Positions 37,349-46,602 of a stretch of 64,000 nt of DNA are shown one piece after another. The number at the start of each line of letters is the position of its first letter. Within the stretch, counting starts at the first letter, position 1. This DNA is from an uncultured Planctomycetia bacterium (GTDB lineage Bacteria; Omnitrophota; Gorgyraeia; Tantalellales; Tantalellaceae). Location: positions 10,593-74,592 of the forward strand of contig CAZGOG010000004.1 in assembly GCA_964527555.1 (NCBI GenBank), written 5' to 3'. The position numbers were made by a program, and so were the translations under genes. Under the pieces are notes generated by a model. That model searched no databases, had not been told where the DNA came from, and worked only from the letters and a program-made list of their open reading frames with translations.

Positions 37349-38575
37349 ATGGAAACACTTAACTTTGTAATAGTGGGGCATATTGATCACGGTAAATCCA
37401 CTCTTATCGGGAGGCTCCTTTATGACACCGACTCTCTTGCCCCGGACAAGATAGAAGAGATAAGGAACTCCTCGGAAGAATTGGGGAAAGATACTGAGTT
37501 TGCTTATCTACTGGATCACCTGGAAGAAGAGCGCCAGCAAGGCATCACCATCGAGACGACACAGGTCTTTTTCAAATCCGGCGGACGGGAATATGTCATT
37601 ATCGATGCTCCCGGTCATGTGGAGTTCGTCAAAAATATGATCACAGGCGCTTCACACGCCGAGGCGGCGGTTCTTTTAATCGATGCCGCTGAAGGCGTTA
37701 AGGAACAGACGAAACGGCATACTTACCTCCTGTCACTATTAGGGATAAAACAGATAATAGTGCTTATTAACAAGATGGACCTAGTTGGGTACAGTGAGGA
37801 GACGTTTAGATCTATCAAGGAAAAAATAGAGAAGTTCCTTGCCGGTATCGGCATGGAAGGCGCTTTTTACATACCGATCTCCGCTTTAAAGGGTGAAAAC
37901 GTCACAAAAACGTCAAAAGAAATACCTTGGTATAAAGGCCCCGCTTTCTTGGGATCCCTTAGCTCGCTTAAAGTGGAAAAGTCCGAAGAGGAAAAGCCGC
38001 TTCTTTTTCCTGTCCAGGATGTGTATAAGATCGAAGATAAAAGAGTGACCGTAGGCAGAGTCGAAGCAGGCGTCATTAAAAAAGGCCAGACCATAAAGAT
38101 CCTACCGCACGAACAGACTACCAAGGTAAAGACCATAGAGAAATATCCTTTCGTTGTAAATGAAAGCTCAAGCGGAGAAAGCATAGGAATTACTACCGAG
38201 GATAGGGTTTTCTTGGACCGCGGTGATATCGTGTGCGCCGAAGGGGAAGAGCCGCGTTTTACGGATTCTTTTTATGCGAATATAGTATGGCTTTCAAAAA
38301 AGGATTTCAGTAAAGATGAAAAACTGATCATTAAGTGCGCCACCCAGGAGACCACCTGCAGGATCGAAGAGATTAAAGAAAGAATAAATTCTTCTACTCT
38401 TGAAGTCGTTGAGGAAAACGCTAGCGGACTTAAAAATCTCGAAGTAGGAGAAGTTTTAATAAAGACCAAAAAACCCATAGCGGTTAAAACGTTTAGTGAT
38501 GTCCAGGAACTGGGCAGGTTCGTGCTTGTCAAGGACGAGAACACCTGCGCCGGCGGTATCGTAACTTCTTTATAA
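37349..38575 (+). CDS. cysN: sulfate adenylyltransferase subunit 1 (GTPase), no fused APS-kinase domain
   Basis: GTPase motifs [14 protein letters not shown] and NKMD. The 408-aa protein ends after the beta-barrel domains. Confidence 0.8.
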   Translation: METLNFVIVGHIDHGKSTLIGRLLYDTDSLAPDKIEEIRNSSEELGKDTEFAYLLDHLEEERQQGITIETTQVFFKSGGREYVIIDAPGHVEFVKNMITGASHAEAAVLLIDAAEGVKEQTKRHTYLLSLLGIKQIIVLINKMDLVGYSEETFRSIKEKIEKFLAGIGMEGAFYIPISALKGENVTKTSKEIPWYKGPAFLGSLSSLKVEKSEEEKPLLFPVQDVYKIEDKRVTVGRVEAGVIKKGQTIKILPHEQTTKVKTIEKYPFVVNESSSGESIGITTEDRVFLDRGDIVCAEGEEPRFTDSFYANIVWLSKKDFSKDEKLIIKCATQETTCRIEEIKERINSSTLEVVEENASGLKNLEVGEVLIKTKKPIAVKTFSDVQELGRFVLVKDENTCAGGIVTSL

Positions 38576-38594
38576 ACAAGGGAAACTACTAAAA

Positions 38595-39887
38595 ATGGCT
38601 AGAGTGGTAATCATAGGACTTGATGGCGTTCCGTACGGTCTTCTTGAGGATTTTGCAAAGCGGGGTATCATGCCCAGGACGAAAGAAGTCATTGAGAGGG
38701 GGACTTTCAGGAAAATGGCTTCTTCGATACCCGAGATCTCCTCGGTTGCCTGGTCTTCTGTCATAACAGGCAAAAATCCTGCCGAGCACGGGATCTTCGG
38801 GTTTACTGATTTCCCGGATAATACTTACAGGCTATCATTTCCCAATTTCAGTCAGCTGAAGACCGAGACTTTTTGGGAGAAGGATGCTTCCAGTCGTCAC
38901 ATCATCGTAAACGTCCCTTCCACTTATCCGGCACGCCGGCTTAACGGTATCCTGATATCGGGTTTTGTGGCTTTGGATCTTGAAAGAGCCGTTTATCCGA
39001 CTGCCATGCTCGCTCACCTGGAGAAAATGGATTACAGGGTCGATGTCGATTCCGCTAAAGCGCATAAATCGCTGGAGCTTTTTCTTAAGGACCTTAATAT
39101 CACCAACGAAACGCGTATAGGCGCTTACAGGCATCTCTGGGAAGAAGAATGGGACACCTTCATGTTTGTTTTTACCGGCAGTGATCGTCTCATGCACTTT
39201 TTGTGGGATGCTTACGAGGATGAGAGGCATGAGTTTCATCAGGAATTTGTGAATTATTTTCGAAGGATAGATATGATAATAGGTGAAATAGCCTCTAAGA
39301 TGAAAGAGGATGACTCGCTAATAATGCTTTCTGATCATGGGTTTGAAAGATTGGAAAAGGACGTGTATGTGAACCGCATCTTAAAGGAAGCCGGTTTTCT
39401 TAAATTGATGGAGGGGCAAGCGGTAAGTTTCAGCAGTATTGACCATGGCACTAGAGCATTTGCGCTTGACCCGGCTCGCATATATATAAATCTGGAAGAG
39501 AGGTATCCCCGCGGCAGCGTCCCTTTGAGAATGAGGGAGAAGGTTACGGAAGAAGTGGAAGAACTATTCAATAATTTCGAAATAGAGGGTGAAAAAGTCA
39601 TAAAGAGCCTTTACAGGAAGGAAGAGATATATTCCGGGACTTATTTTGACAGGGCTCCGGATCTTGTTCTTGTTGGAGAAAAAGGTTTTAACTTAAAGGC
39701 GGCTATAAACGCCGAAGAGGTCTGGTCAAAAGGTATTTTTACGGGCAAGCATACACAAGAGGATGCGTTTCTTCTGGTTAACAGGAAATGTAATACTGAT
39801 ATTATTCCAGAAAACGTCACAGTAAGCGATGTTGTCGGTGTTATAGACAGATTAAAGGAGGCAATAAATGAGCGGCAAGTTGCATAA
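38595..39887 (+). CDS. type I phosphodiesterase / nucleotide pyrophosphatase family (alkaline phosphatase superfamily) protein
   Basis: IIGLDG...IPEISSVAWSSVITGKNPAEHGI matches the Phosphodiest family pattern. Confidence 0.6.
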   Translation: MARVVIIGLDGVPYGLLEDFAKRGIMPRTKEVIERGTFRKMASSIPEISSVAWSSVITGKNPAEHGIFGFTDFPDNTYRLSFPNFSQLKTETFWEKDASSRHIIVNVPSTYPARRLNGILISGFVALDLERAVYPTAMLAHLEKMDYRVDVDSAKAHKSLELFLKDLNITNETRIGAYRHLWEEEWDTFMFVFTGSDRLMHFLWDAYEDERHEFHQEFVNYFRRIDMIIGEIASKMKEDDSLIMLSDHGFERLEKDVYVNRILKEAGFLKLMEGQAVSFSSIDHGTRAFALDPARIYINLEERYPRGSVPLRMREKVTEEVEELFNNFEIEGEKVIKSLYRKEEIYSGTYFDRAPDLVLVGEKGFNLKAAINAEEVWSKGIFTGKHTQEDAFLLVNRKCNTDIIPENVTVSDVVGVIDRLKEAINERQVA

Positions 39888-41415
39888 TGCGGAATGTACA
39901 TGCTGGAACTGTCCTGCGATAAACTTGGCAGGTAAGGTGGATTTCAGGGCCTGTGGCCAGTCCACGGCTGAATTTGACAAGCGTAAAGACACCTCTTCCG
40001 AAAGTCACATCATGGCTGAGTGTAAGAGGCGTCCCGAGCTCGGGCTTTTTGACCCGACGAGCATCACTTTCAGGGAGTGTCCCGAATGGGTCGAAAGCCC
40101 TTACGGATATCTGCTTAAGAACATGCGCGTCATGATACTGGGGATGGACGGGTATCTGGGGTGGACACTGGCGCTCTGGCTTTCTAAACTGGGATGCAGG
40201 GTAAGCGGAGTGGATAATTACAGCCGGCGCAATTGGGTGAAAGAGAGAGGTTCTCATACGGTTGTTCCTGTAGCTACCATGACGGACCGGCTTCATGTCG
40301 CAAAGGAGGTGCTGGACACGACCATAGATTTCCGTGAACTTGATATAATGGACAGGGAGCTATTAAAGGAGTTCATCGAAGAAATAAAACCGGAGGCGAT
40401 CGTCCATTACGGCGAGTGCCCCAGTGCGCCGTACAGTATGATAGATTTTGAGCATGCAAGCTATGTCCAGAAGAACAATGTCATAGGGACGCTGGGATTA
40501 CTTTTCACCATGCACGAGGCTGTTCCAGAGACTTCTCTCATAAAACTCGGTACGATGGGTGAGTACGGTACGCCTCTTACCGGCCGGCCGCTTTTTGAGG
40601 GGATGTTTCCCGCCGATGCCGTTCTTAGCTGGCAGGGACGCCAGTGGAGCATGGGAGGGGAACTTACCCCGCGCGACCCGGTTTCTTTTTATCACTGCTC
40701 TAAAGTGCAGGATACTTTCAACGTCTATGAAGCGTGTAAATACTGGTGGCTGCGTTCCTATGACGTAATGCAGGGCGTTATATACGGGGTTCATACCGAT
40801 CAGGTAAGCGCCGATCCGCGTCTCAGGACGCGTTTTGATATAGACGAATGTTTCGGCACGGTTATAAACCGTTATGTTGCCCAGGCGGTTATAGGATTCC
40901 CGCTTACGCTTTACGGGGCGGGAGAACAGGTAAGGGGTTTTATCGCTTTGGAAGAAGCGATGAGATGCATGACTAGACTCATTGCCAAACCTCCCGAACC
41001 GGGACAGTACGGGGTTGTGAACCAGATGTCGGGGTACTGCAGCATGAGGAGGCTTGCTGAGACGGTCAAAAAAGTCGGGGAGAAGGAATTCGGACTCAAG
41101 GTAAAGATCCAGCGCGTTGAGAACCCGCGGGTTGAAGCTGATAGGCACCCCTTTGAGCCCATCTTCAAGAACCTTCCCGAAGAGTTCGGATTCGTTCAGA
41201 AAAATATGCTCGAGGAAGAGATTTACAGGATGTTTAAACTTCTTACCCAGCGTAGGATAAAAGGAAGGATCGAGGAGAAAAAGCACCTTATCCTGCCTAA
41301 GACCTGGTGGTCAGGCGTGAAGAAAGAAGTTGAAAGACTGGAACTTATTGAAAACGGAAATGATATCAAAAAGGTGAAAGCCGAAGATGGCGAAACCGTT
41401 AGCGTTGGCAGATAA
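39868..41415 (+). CDS. sqdB: UDP-sulfoquinovose synthase (SqdB/SQD1 family) with ~85-aa Cys-rich N-terminal extension
   Basis: A strong aggagg SD lies 6 nt before the ATG at 39868. From MRVMILGMDGYLGW onward the protein shows HYGECPSAPYSMID, KLGTMGEYGTP, SFYHCSK, GFPLTLYGAGEQVRGF and NPRVEADRH. These are the SQD1/SqdB signature blocks. Confidence 0.8.
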   Translation: MSGKLHNAECTCWNCPAINLAGKVDFRACGQSTAEFDKRKDTSSESHIMAECKRRPELGLFDPTSITFRECPEWVESPYGYLLKNMRVMILGMDGYLGWTLALWLSKLGCRVSGVDNYSRRNWVKERGSHTVVPVATMTDRLHVAKEVLDTTIDFRELDIMDRELLKEFIEEIKPEAIVHYGECPSAPYSMIDFEHASYVQKNNVIGTLGLLFTMHEAVPETSLIKLGTMGEYGTPLTGRPLFEGMFPADAVLSWQGRQWSMGGELTPRDPVSFYHCSKVQDTFNVYEACKYWWLRSYDVMQGVIYGVHTDQVSADPRLRTRFDIDECFGTVINRYVAQAVIGFPLTLYGAGEQVRGFIALEEAMRCMTRLIAKPPEPGQYGVVNQMSGYCSMRRLAETVKKVGEKEFGLKVKIQRVENPRVEADRHPFEPIFKNLPEEFGFVQKNMLEEEIYRMFKLLTQRRIKGRIEEKKHLILPKTWWSGVKKEVERLELIENGNDIKKVKAEDGETVSVGR

Positions 41416-41704
41416 TAGTTTTGAAAACGAAGTTATAGCTTCCAAGCAGCCAGTTTTGGTGGATTTTTGGGCATCTTGGTGCCCTCCGTGCAAAATGGTG
41501 GAGCCCACGATCGGGGAACTTGCACAAGAGATCAGCGATAAGGTGAAGATAACAAAGATAAACGTTGACCAGAATCCTAAAAGCGCATCTGACTATAATA
41601 TAATGGGTGTTCCGACCTTTATTCTTTTTAAAGACGGCAAGGAGGTCACCAGGCGGGTAGGCGCTCAATCCAAGGCGCAGCTTTTAGATATGCTAGAGAC
41701 ATAA
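41387..41704 (+). CDS. trxA: thioredoxin (CPPC active site)
   Basis: VLVDFWASWCPPCKM... in a 105-aa protein. It overlaps the sqdB 3-prime end by 29 nt. Confidence 0.85.
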   Translation: MAKPLALADNSFENEVIASKQPVLVDFWASWCPPCKMVEPTIGELAQEISDKVKITKINVDQNPKSASDYNIMGVPTFILFKDGKEVTRRVGAQSKAQLLDMLET

Positions 41705-41719
41705 ATACTAGACAAACAA

Positions 41720-42670
41720 ATGCGGAAGAAAGTTTTTATAACAGGAGGCGCCGGCTTCATCGGCGCCAATTTTGTCAAATACCTCCTGGATAAAGGAGGG
41801 GTTGATATAACTGTCTATGATAACCTTTCGGCATGTTCCGGGGCAAATTTAACGGCAGCTATAGAAGATTCCGCGAGGAAAGGGAAAGTAAAACTCGTTG
41901 AAGGTGATATTCTAGATACTACTGAATTATATAAATCTATTAAAGGACATAACGCGGTAGTTCATCTCGCTGCGCATACACAGGTGGTGGAGTCCCTTAA
42001 GGACCCCAAAGAGAATTTTGAAATTAATGCCACGGGTACTTTGAATATTCTGGAAGCCGCCCGGGCAAATAAGATAAAAAGGTTTGTTTTTGCTTCTTCT
42101 AATGCGGCAGTTGGGGAGCAAATCCCTCCAATAAATGAACGGATGGTACCAGCGCCCCTTTCCCCGTACGGAGCGACCAAGCTGCACGGGGAGGCATTAT
42201 GCTCGGCGTATTTTCATTCCTATGATATGGAGACTATATCTCTTCGTTTCGCGAATGCTTACGGGCTGTATTCGAAGCATAAGACGTCAGTGGTGGCGAA
42301 ATTTTTAAAGAAATCTAAAAAAGCGCAAAAACTTGAGATATACGGCGACGGCAAGCAAACCCGCGATTTTATCCACGCGCGTGACATCGCGCAGGCGATA
42401 TTTTTATCTCTTAAGACTTATAATAATAACCGTAAAAATTCGGTTTTTGGCGGAGTTTTTCAGATTGCTACGGGAGAAGAGACCAGGATAACCGATTTAG
42501 CTAAAATGGTAAATGCACTCAAAGGTAAAGAGAGGGGGAATGTAAAGTTTTCTCCTCCCAGAAAAGGCGAGATAAGGAAGAATTTCTCGGATATCTCAAA
42601 AGCGAAAAGACTTCTAAAGTTCTGCCCTTCCATTACCCTGGAAGAAGGTATAAGTGAGCTTTTTGCCTAG
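41720..42670 (+). CDS. NAD-dependent epimerase/dehydratase (extended SDR)
   Basis: Rossmann motif GGAGFIGANF, catalytic YGATK and 316 aa. Confidence 0.75.
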   Translation: MRKKVFITGGAGFIGANFVKYLLDKGGVDITVYDNLSACSGANLTAAIEDSARKGKVKLVEGDILDTTELYKSIKGHNAVVHLAAHTQVVESLKDPKENFEINATGTLNILEAARANKIKRFVFASSNAAVGEQIPPINERMVPAPLSPYGATKLHGEALCSAYFHSYDMETISLRFANAYGLYSKHKTSVVAKFLKKSKKAQKLEIYGDGKQTRDFIHARDIAQAIFLSLKTYNNNRKNSVFGGVFQIATGEETRITDLAKMVNALKGKERGNVKFSPPRKGEIRKNFSDISKAKRLLKFCPSITLEEGISELFA

Positions 42671-42701
42671 CACGGCAAAAAGAAAAGCGTTGGAGCCGGC
42701 C

Positions 42702-43673
42702 ATGGATATGAACACTGCGAAAGATAAGAAGTTTTTACTCTCCGTTGTAGTGCCAGTCTGTAACGAGGAAGAGAACCTTAAAGGGTTTCATAGGTGCTTA
42801 AGAGACGTTCTTGACAAGACGGGTGAAAGGACTGAGATTGTTTTTGTCGATGACGGTAGCCGTGATTCCAGCCTTGAAATAATGAAGGAGCTTTACAAAG
42901 AGGATCCCGACATAGTCATAGTGCATCTTTCCAGAAATTTCGGTCACCAGCTTGCCATTACCGCAGGGATAGATCATGCCAGAGGTGACGCGGTAGTTAC
43001 GATCGATGCGGATCTTCAGGACCCGCCGGAACTTATCCTTAAGATGCTCGAGGAATGGAAAAAGGGATACGATGTTGTCAATGCTGCCAGAGACGCGCGG
43101 GAGGGCGAGGGAATTATCAAACTTTTTACCGCTTCAGCGTTTTACTGGGTGATACAGAGGATCACGCATGTGGATATGTCTATGAGCGAGGGAGATTTTC
43201 GTCTGATTGACAGGAAAGTCGCTCAAGGGCTGAAGAGAATAAAGGAGAGACACCGTTATATACGGGGTTTGGTTTCCTGGATGGGGTATAAGCAAACGGT
43301 AATAAAATATAAGCGCGACAGGAGGGCAAAGGGGAAACCAAAATATTCATTATGGAAATCTTTTATCCTGGCTGTTGATGCGATTACCACCTTTTCATAT
43401 ATTCCGCTACGCATAGCTGTCGTAACGGGATTTTTTCTGTCGTTCTGCGCATTGGTAATGGGAATTTATATAGTATTTTTGAAGGTTTTTACAAGCCAAA
43501 TAAGGGTCCCCGGCTATGCGGCCTTGTTTACAGCCACGGTGTTTCTGGGTGGAGTGCAGCTAATTGTTCTGGGTATTGTAGGAGAGTATTTGGGGCGCTG
43601 TTTTGAAGAAACCAGGCAAAGGCCGCTGTATTATGTCAGGGATTTGATTCGAAGGGACTCTTGTGAAAAATAA
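42702..43673 (+). CDS. GT2 polyprenol-phosphate glycosyltransferase (ArnC/GtrB/DPM1-like) with C-terminal TM helices
   Basis: LSVVVPVCNEEENL...VFVDDGSRDSS and a DAD-type motif, with two C-terminal TM helices. The start was set at MDMNTAKDKKF; the track ORF begins at 42654. Confidence 0.75.
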   Translation: MDMNTAKDKKFLLSVVVPVCNEEENLKGFHRCLRDVLDKTGERTEIVFVDDGSRDSSLEIMKELYKEDPDIVIVHLSRNFGHQLAITAGIDHARGDAVVTIDADLQDPPELILKMLEEWKKGYDVVNAARDAREGEGIIKLFTASAFYWVIQRITHVDMSMSEGDFRLIDRKVAQGLKRIKERHRYIRGLVSWMGYKQTVIKYKRDRRAKGKPKYSLWKSFILAVDAITTFSYIPLRIAVVTGFFLSFCALVMGIYIVFLKVFTSQIRVPGYAALFTATVFLGGVQLIVLGIVGEYLGRCFEETRQRPLYYVRDLIRRDSCEK

Positions 43674-43693
43674 AAGGGTGATAAATCAAGTAG

Positions 43694-44425
43694 ATGCTTA
43701 GGACTCTCAATGAAAAAAAAAATAGAGGCACCAGATTTGATACCCAAAGGTCTAAAGATTTTTTCAATAAACTAGGGAAAAATTATGTCAAGTCTGCCAA
43801 AGCTGAATACGACCGCATATACAGCCGTACCGCCAGTATCATAGAGCCATATCTAAAAGGAAAAGTCTTGAATCTGGGGAGCGGCGGGATAGATCTTCCA
43901 GATTCAAGGGGTATGACCCTGCAAGTTTCACTAGATACCTCAGAGGAACTGATTAAATGTCACAAGCTTGGAGAAGGGCGCGAAGCTATTTGCGCGGAGG
44001 CAAGAGATCTCCCTTTCGAAGGGGAATCGTTTGATGTGATTGTGGCTCATTTTTCCCTGCATCATTTTGCTCAAGAATCGGTCTTTCTCACGTTCGAATA
44101 CGTTCGAGAGGTTTTTCGAAGTATAAAAAGAATTATAAAAAAAAGGGGCAAGGTAATAATAGCGGAAAACACCGTCAATGATGCTGTCGCTTTTTTTGAG
44201 AAACTGGGCTACCCTGCGCTAAGGTCAATATTAAGCAGATCAAAACGACCTCCTGTTTATTTATTTTCCGTGAGGACGCTGAACGCCTTTTTAAAAGAGG
44301 CGGGATTCAGGCTTTTAAATTTCACAAGTTTCAAAGAGGAGGCAAAACCGCTTCTACTGCCTTTTTCTATTCCAAGAAGCGTGAACCCTATGTCCATATC
44401 TGTATTTATCGGGGAAAAACAATGA
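43694..44425 (+). CDS. class I SAM-dependent methyltransferase (1 of 4 in tandem)
   Basis: Motif I reads VLNLGSGG. Confidence 0.65.
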   Translation: MLRTLNEKKNRGTRFDTQRSKDFFNKLGKNYVKSAKAEYDRIYSRTASIIEPYLKGKVLNLGSGGIDLPDSRGMTLQVSLDTSEELIKCHKLGEGREAICAEARDLPFEGESFDVIVAHFSLHHFAQESVFLTFEYVREVFRSIKRIIKKRGKVIIAENTVNDAVAFFEKLGYPALRSILSRSKRPPVYLFSVRTLNAFLKEAGFRLLNFTSFKEEAKPLLLPFSIPRSVNPMSISVFIGEKQ

Positions 44426-45249
44426 ATACTGAAAGTACTGGGCTTAAGAGGCTGGACTCCGAAGAGAGATTTCATGACAGCTATGCGGATTCGCTAAAAG
44501 CGGAAGAGCTTTTGGTCGATGAAAGCTTTGAAGCCCTTACTGCGCAGGAGAATAAGTTTGTACTGGAAGAGTTTGGTTCACTTTGCGGTAAGTCATTACT
44601 TGATCTTGGCTGCGGCGCGGGAGAATCCGCCGTTTATTTCGCAAAGAAAGGCGCCAAAGTCACGGCGGTAGATATTTCAAGCGGGATGCTGAGGCGAGCG
44701 GAAGAGCTGGCCGGCATTCACGGCGTAAGTATCGAAACTTTGCAACTGGACGCCGGGGACATTATGTCGTTGGGGAGTCGATTTGATTACATCTACGGAA
44801 ACGGCGTTTTGCATCATATGGATTTCGAGAACATGATAGCTGACGTTAAAAAAGTGCTATCTCCCGGCGGTAAAGCCGTCTTTATAGAGCCGTTTGCCCA
44901 CAATTTTATAATTAACATATACCGCAGGCTAGCGAAAGATGTGCGCAGTCCGCAGGAAGAGCCGCTTAAGTTTAGGGATATAAAATTCTTCAGGAGACAT
45001 TTTAAAGAGGTAAAGCATAAAGAATTCTGGTTTTTTTCTTTGTTGGTTTTTGTCGTTTTGTTTCTTAAGGGGATACATCCCTCAAGGGAGCGTTATTGGA
45101 AGTATGTTATCAGACATGCTGAGGAATATAAACAAATGTTTCTTATTTTAAGTTCTTTGGACAGAGTGATATTAAAAGTGTTCCCCTTTCTTGGGAGATT
45201 TTGTTGGAATACGGTAGTTGTTCTGGAAGAGCCGTACCATGAGAAGTGA
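44422..45249 (+). CDS. class I SAM-dependent methyltransferase (2 of 4)
   Basis: Motif I LLDLGCGAGE and motif post-I VTAVDIS. Confidence 0.7.
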   Translation: MNTESTGLKRLDSEERFHDSYADSLKAEELLVDESFEALTAQENKFVLEEFGSLCGKSLLDLGCGAGESAVYFAKKGAKVTAVDISSGMLRRAEELAGIHGVSIETLQLDAGDIMSLGSRFDYIYGNGVLHHMDFENMIADVKKVLSPGGKAVFIEPFAHNFIINIYRRLAKDVRSPQEEPLKFRDIKFFRRHFKEVKHKEFWFFSLLVFVVLFLKGIHPSRERYWKYVIRHAEEYKQMFLILSSLDRVILKVFPFLGRFCWNTVVVLEEPYHEK

Positions 45250-45964
45250 TACATATAAATGGCTTGATGATATTCAAGACAACCATTGGTGGCTTAATGC
45301 CAGGAAAGAGATCGTCACGAATCTATTTGAGAAATATTCGGATTCTGATTTGTTGAATATTCTGGAGATAGGTTTTGGGACCGGTGGAGTTTTGGAAGCG
45401 GTATCAAGGTATGGTCAAGCGTGGGGTATGGATAGTGCTGAGGCTATAAAGTATGCCCAAAAGCGGTATCCCGACACTCGTCTTTTTGAGGGCAGATTAC
45501 CCGATGAAGTACCTTTTCCGGAAAACTCGGTCGATAGAGTCATAATGCTTGATGTGCTTGAGCATATTGAGGATGACTCTTTATCTCTGAAAAAAATAGC
45601 GGGTTTACTTCGGCCTGGAGGAATGCTTTTTTTGACGGTTCCAGCATTTAGTTTTTTATGGGGCAAGCATGATATGGATGCAATGCATAGAAGAAGGTAC
45701 AGCCGTAGAGAAATCATCCAGAAACTAAAAGGGGCAGGGTTTGATATAGTAAAATGCAGTTATTTTAATATGTTTTTATTCTTTCCGATAGCTCTTGCAA
45801 AGATGAGTAACAAAATAAGGACTAGTTCTGTGGAAAAAAAAGAATTTCCGCAAGTGATAGAGAATTTATTTTATAACATTTTTAGAAGCGAAAAGATTTT
45901 TCTTGAGAGATTCAATTTGCCCTTTGGCATATCAATAATCTGTATCGTTCAAAAAAATAAATGA
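45218..45964 (+). CDS. class I SAM-dependent methyltransferase (3 of 4)
   Basis: Motif I ILEIGFGTGG. Confidence 0.7.
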   Translation: MFWKSRTMRSDTYKWLDDIQDNHWWLNARKEIVTNLFEKYSDSDLLNILEIGFGTGGVLEAVSRYGQAWGMDSAEAIKYAQKRYPDTRLFEGRLPDEVPFPENSVDRVIMLDVLEHIEDDSLSLKKIAGLLRPGGMLFLTVPAFSFLWGKHDMDAMHRRRYSRREIIQKLKGAGFDIVKCSYFNMFLFFPIALAKMSNKIRTSSVEKKEFPQVIENLFYNIFRSEKIFLERFNLPFGISIICIVQKNK

Positions 45965-46602
45965 AAATGAATAATATAGAGAAAAAAATCTTATCTTTAT
46001 GTAAAAGGGGTAAAATCTTCAGATTTTTTACTAGACTTAAATTTTCTCTGATACCTTTTAATAAGATAAGCGAGCTATTGCCGGATGAAGGTCAGATTTA
46101 TGAACTTGGTTCAGGGTACGGGTTTGAGGCAGCTTATCTGGCTTTAGATAAACCGGGAAGAGTTGTTACCGGGATTGATATAGATAAAAAACGCGTTGAA
46201 ACAGCTAAAAATATCACAGAAAAAGTGTCTAATCTAAGATTCTCATGTGCGGATATAAAAGAGGTAGATCTTTCCGAGTCTAACGGTATATTGATGGTTA
46301 GTTTCCTGCATCATTTGCAATACCCGGATCAGGTGGCTCTAATAAAGAAGTGCTACGATTCTTTAACAGCGAATGGGACATTACTTATTTTAGATCCGGT
46401 TAATCATCCTCCGTTTAAAAATTTCATGAACTGGTTAAGTGACTGGCTATTGTATCCGTTCTCTGATAAGGCTTTTTTACGTTCGAAAGATGATCTGGTG
46501 GATTTGGTAGAGTCAGCCGGTTTTGACGCGCGGGGTGAGATAGAGAAAAGTAGCGGCTGGGGACTATTTTCTTATGCGCTTGTTGTGGGGAAGAAGCTAT
46601 GA
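45961..46602 (+). CDS. class I SAM-dependent methyltransferase (4 of 4)
   Basis: Motif I IYELGSGYGF. Confidence 0.65.
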   Translation: MKMNNIEKKILSLCKRGKIFRFFTRLKFSLIPFNKISELLPDEGQIYELGSGYGFEAAYLALDKPGRVVTGIDIDKKRVETAKNITEKVSNLRFSCADIKEVDLSESNGILMVSFLHHLQYPDQVALIKKCYDSLTANGTLLILDPVNHPPFKNFMNWLSDWLLYPFSDKAFLRSKDDLVDLVESAGFDARGEIEKSSGWGLFSYALVVGKKL

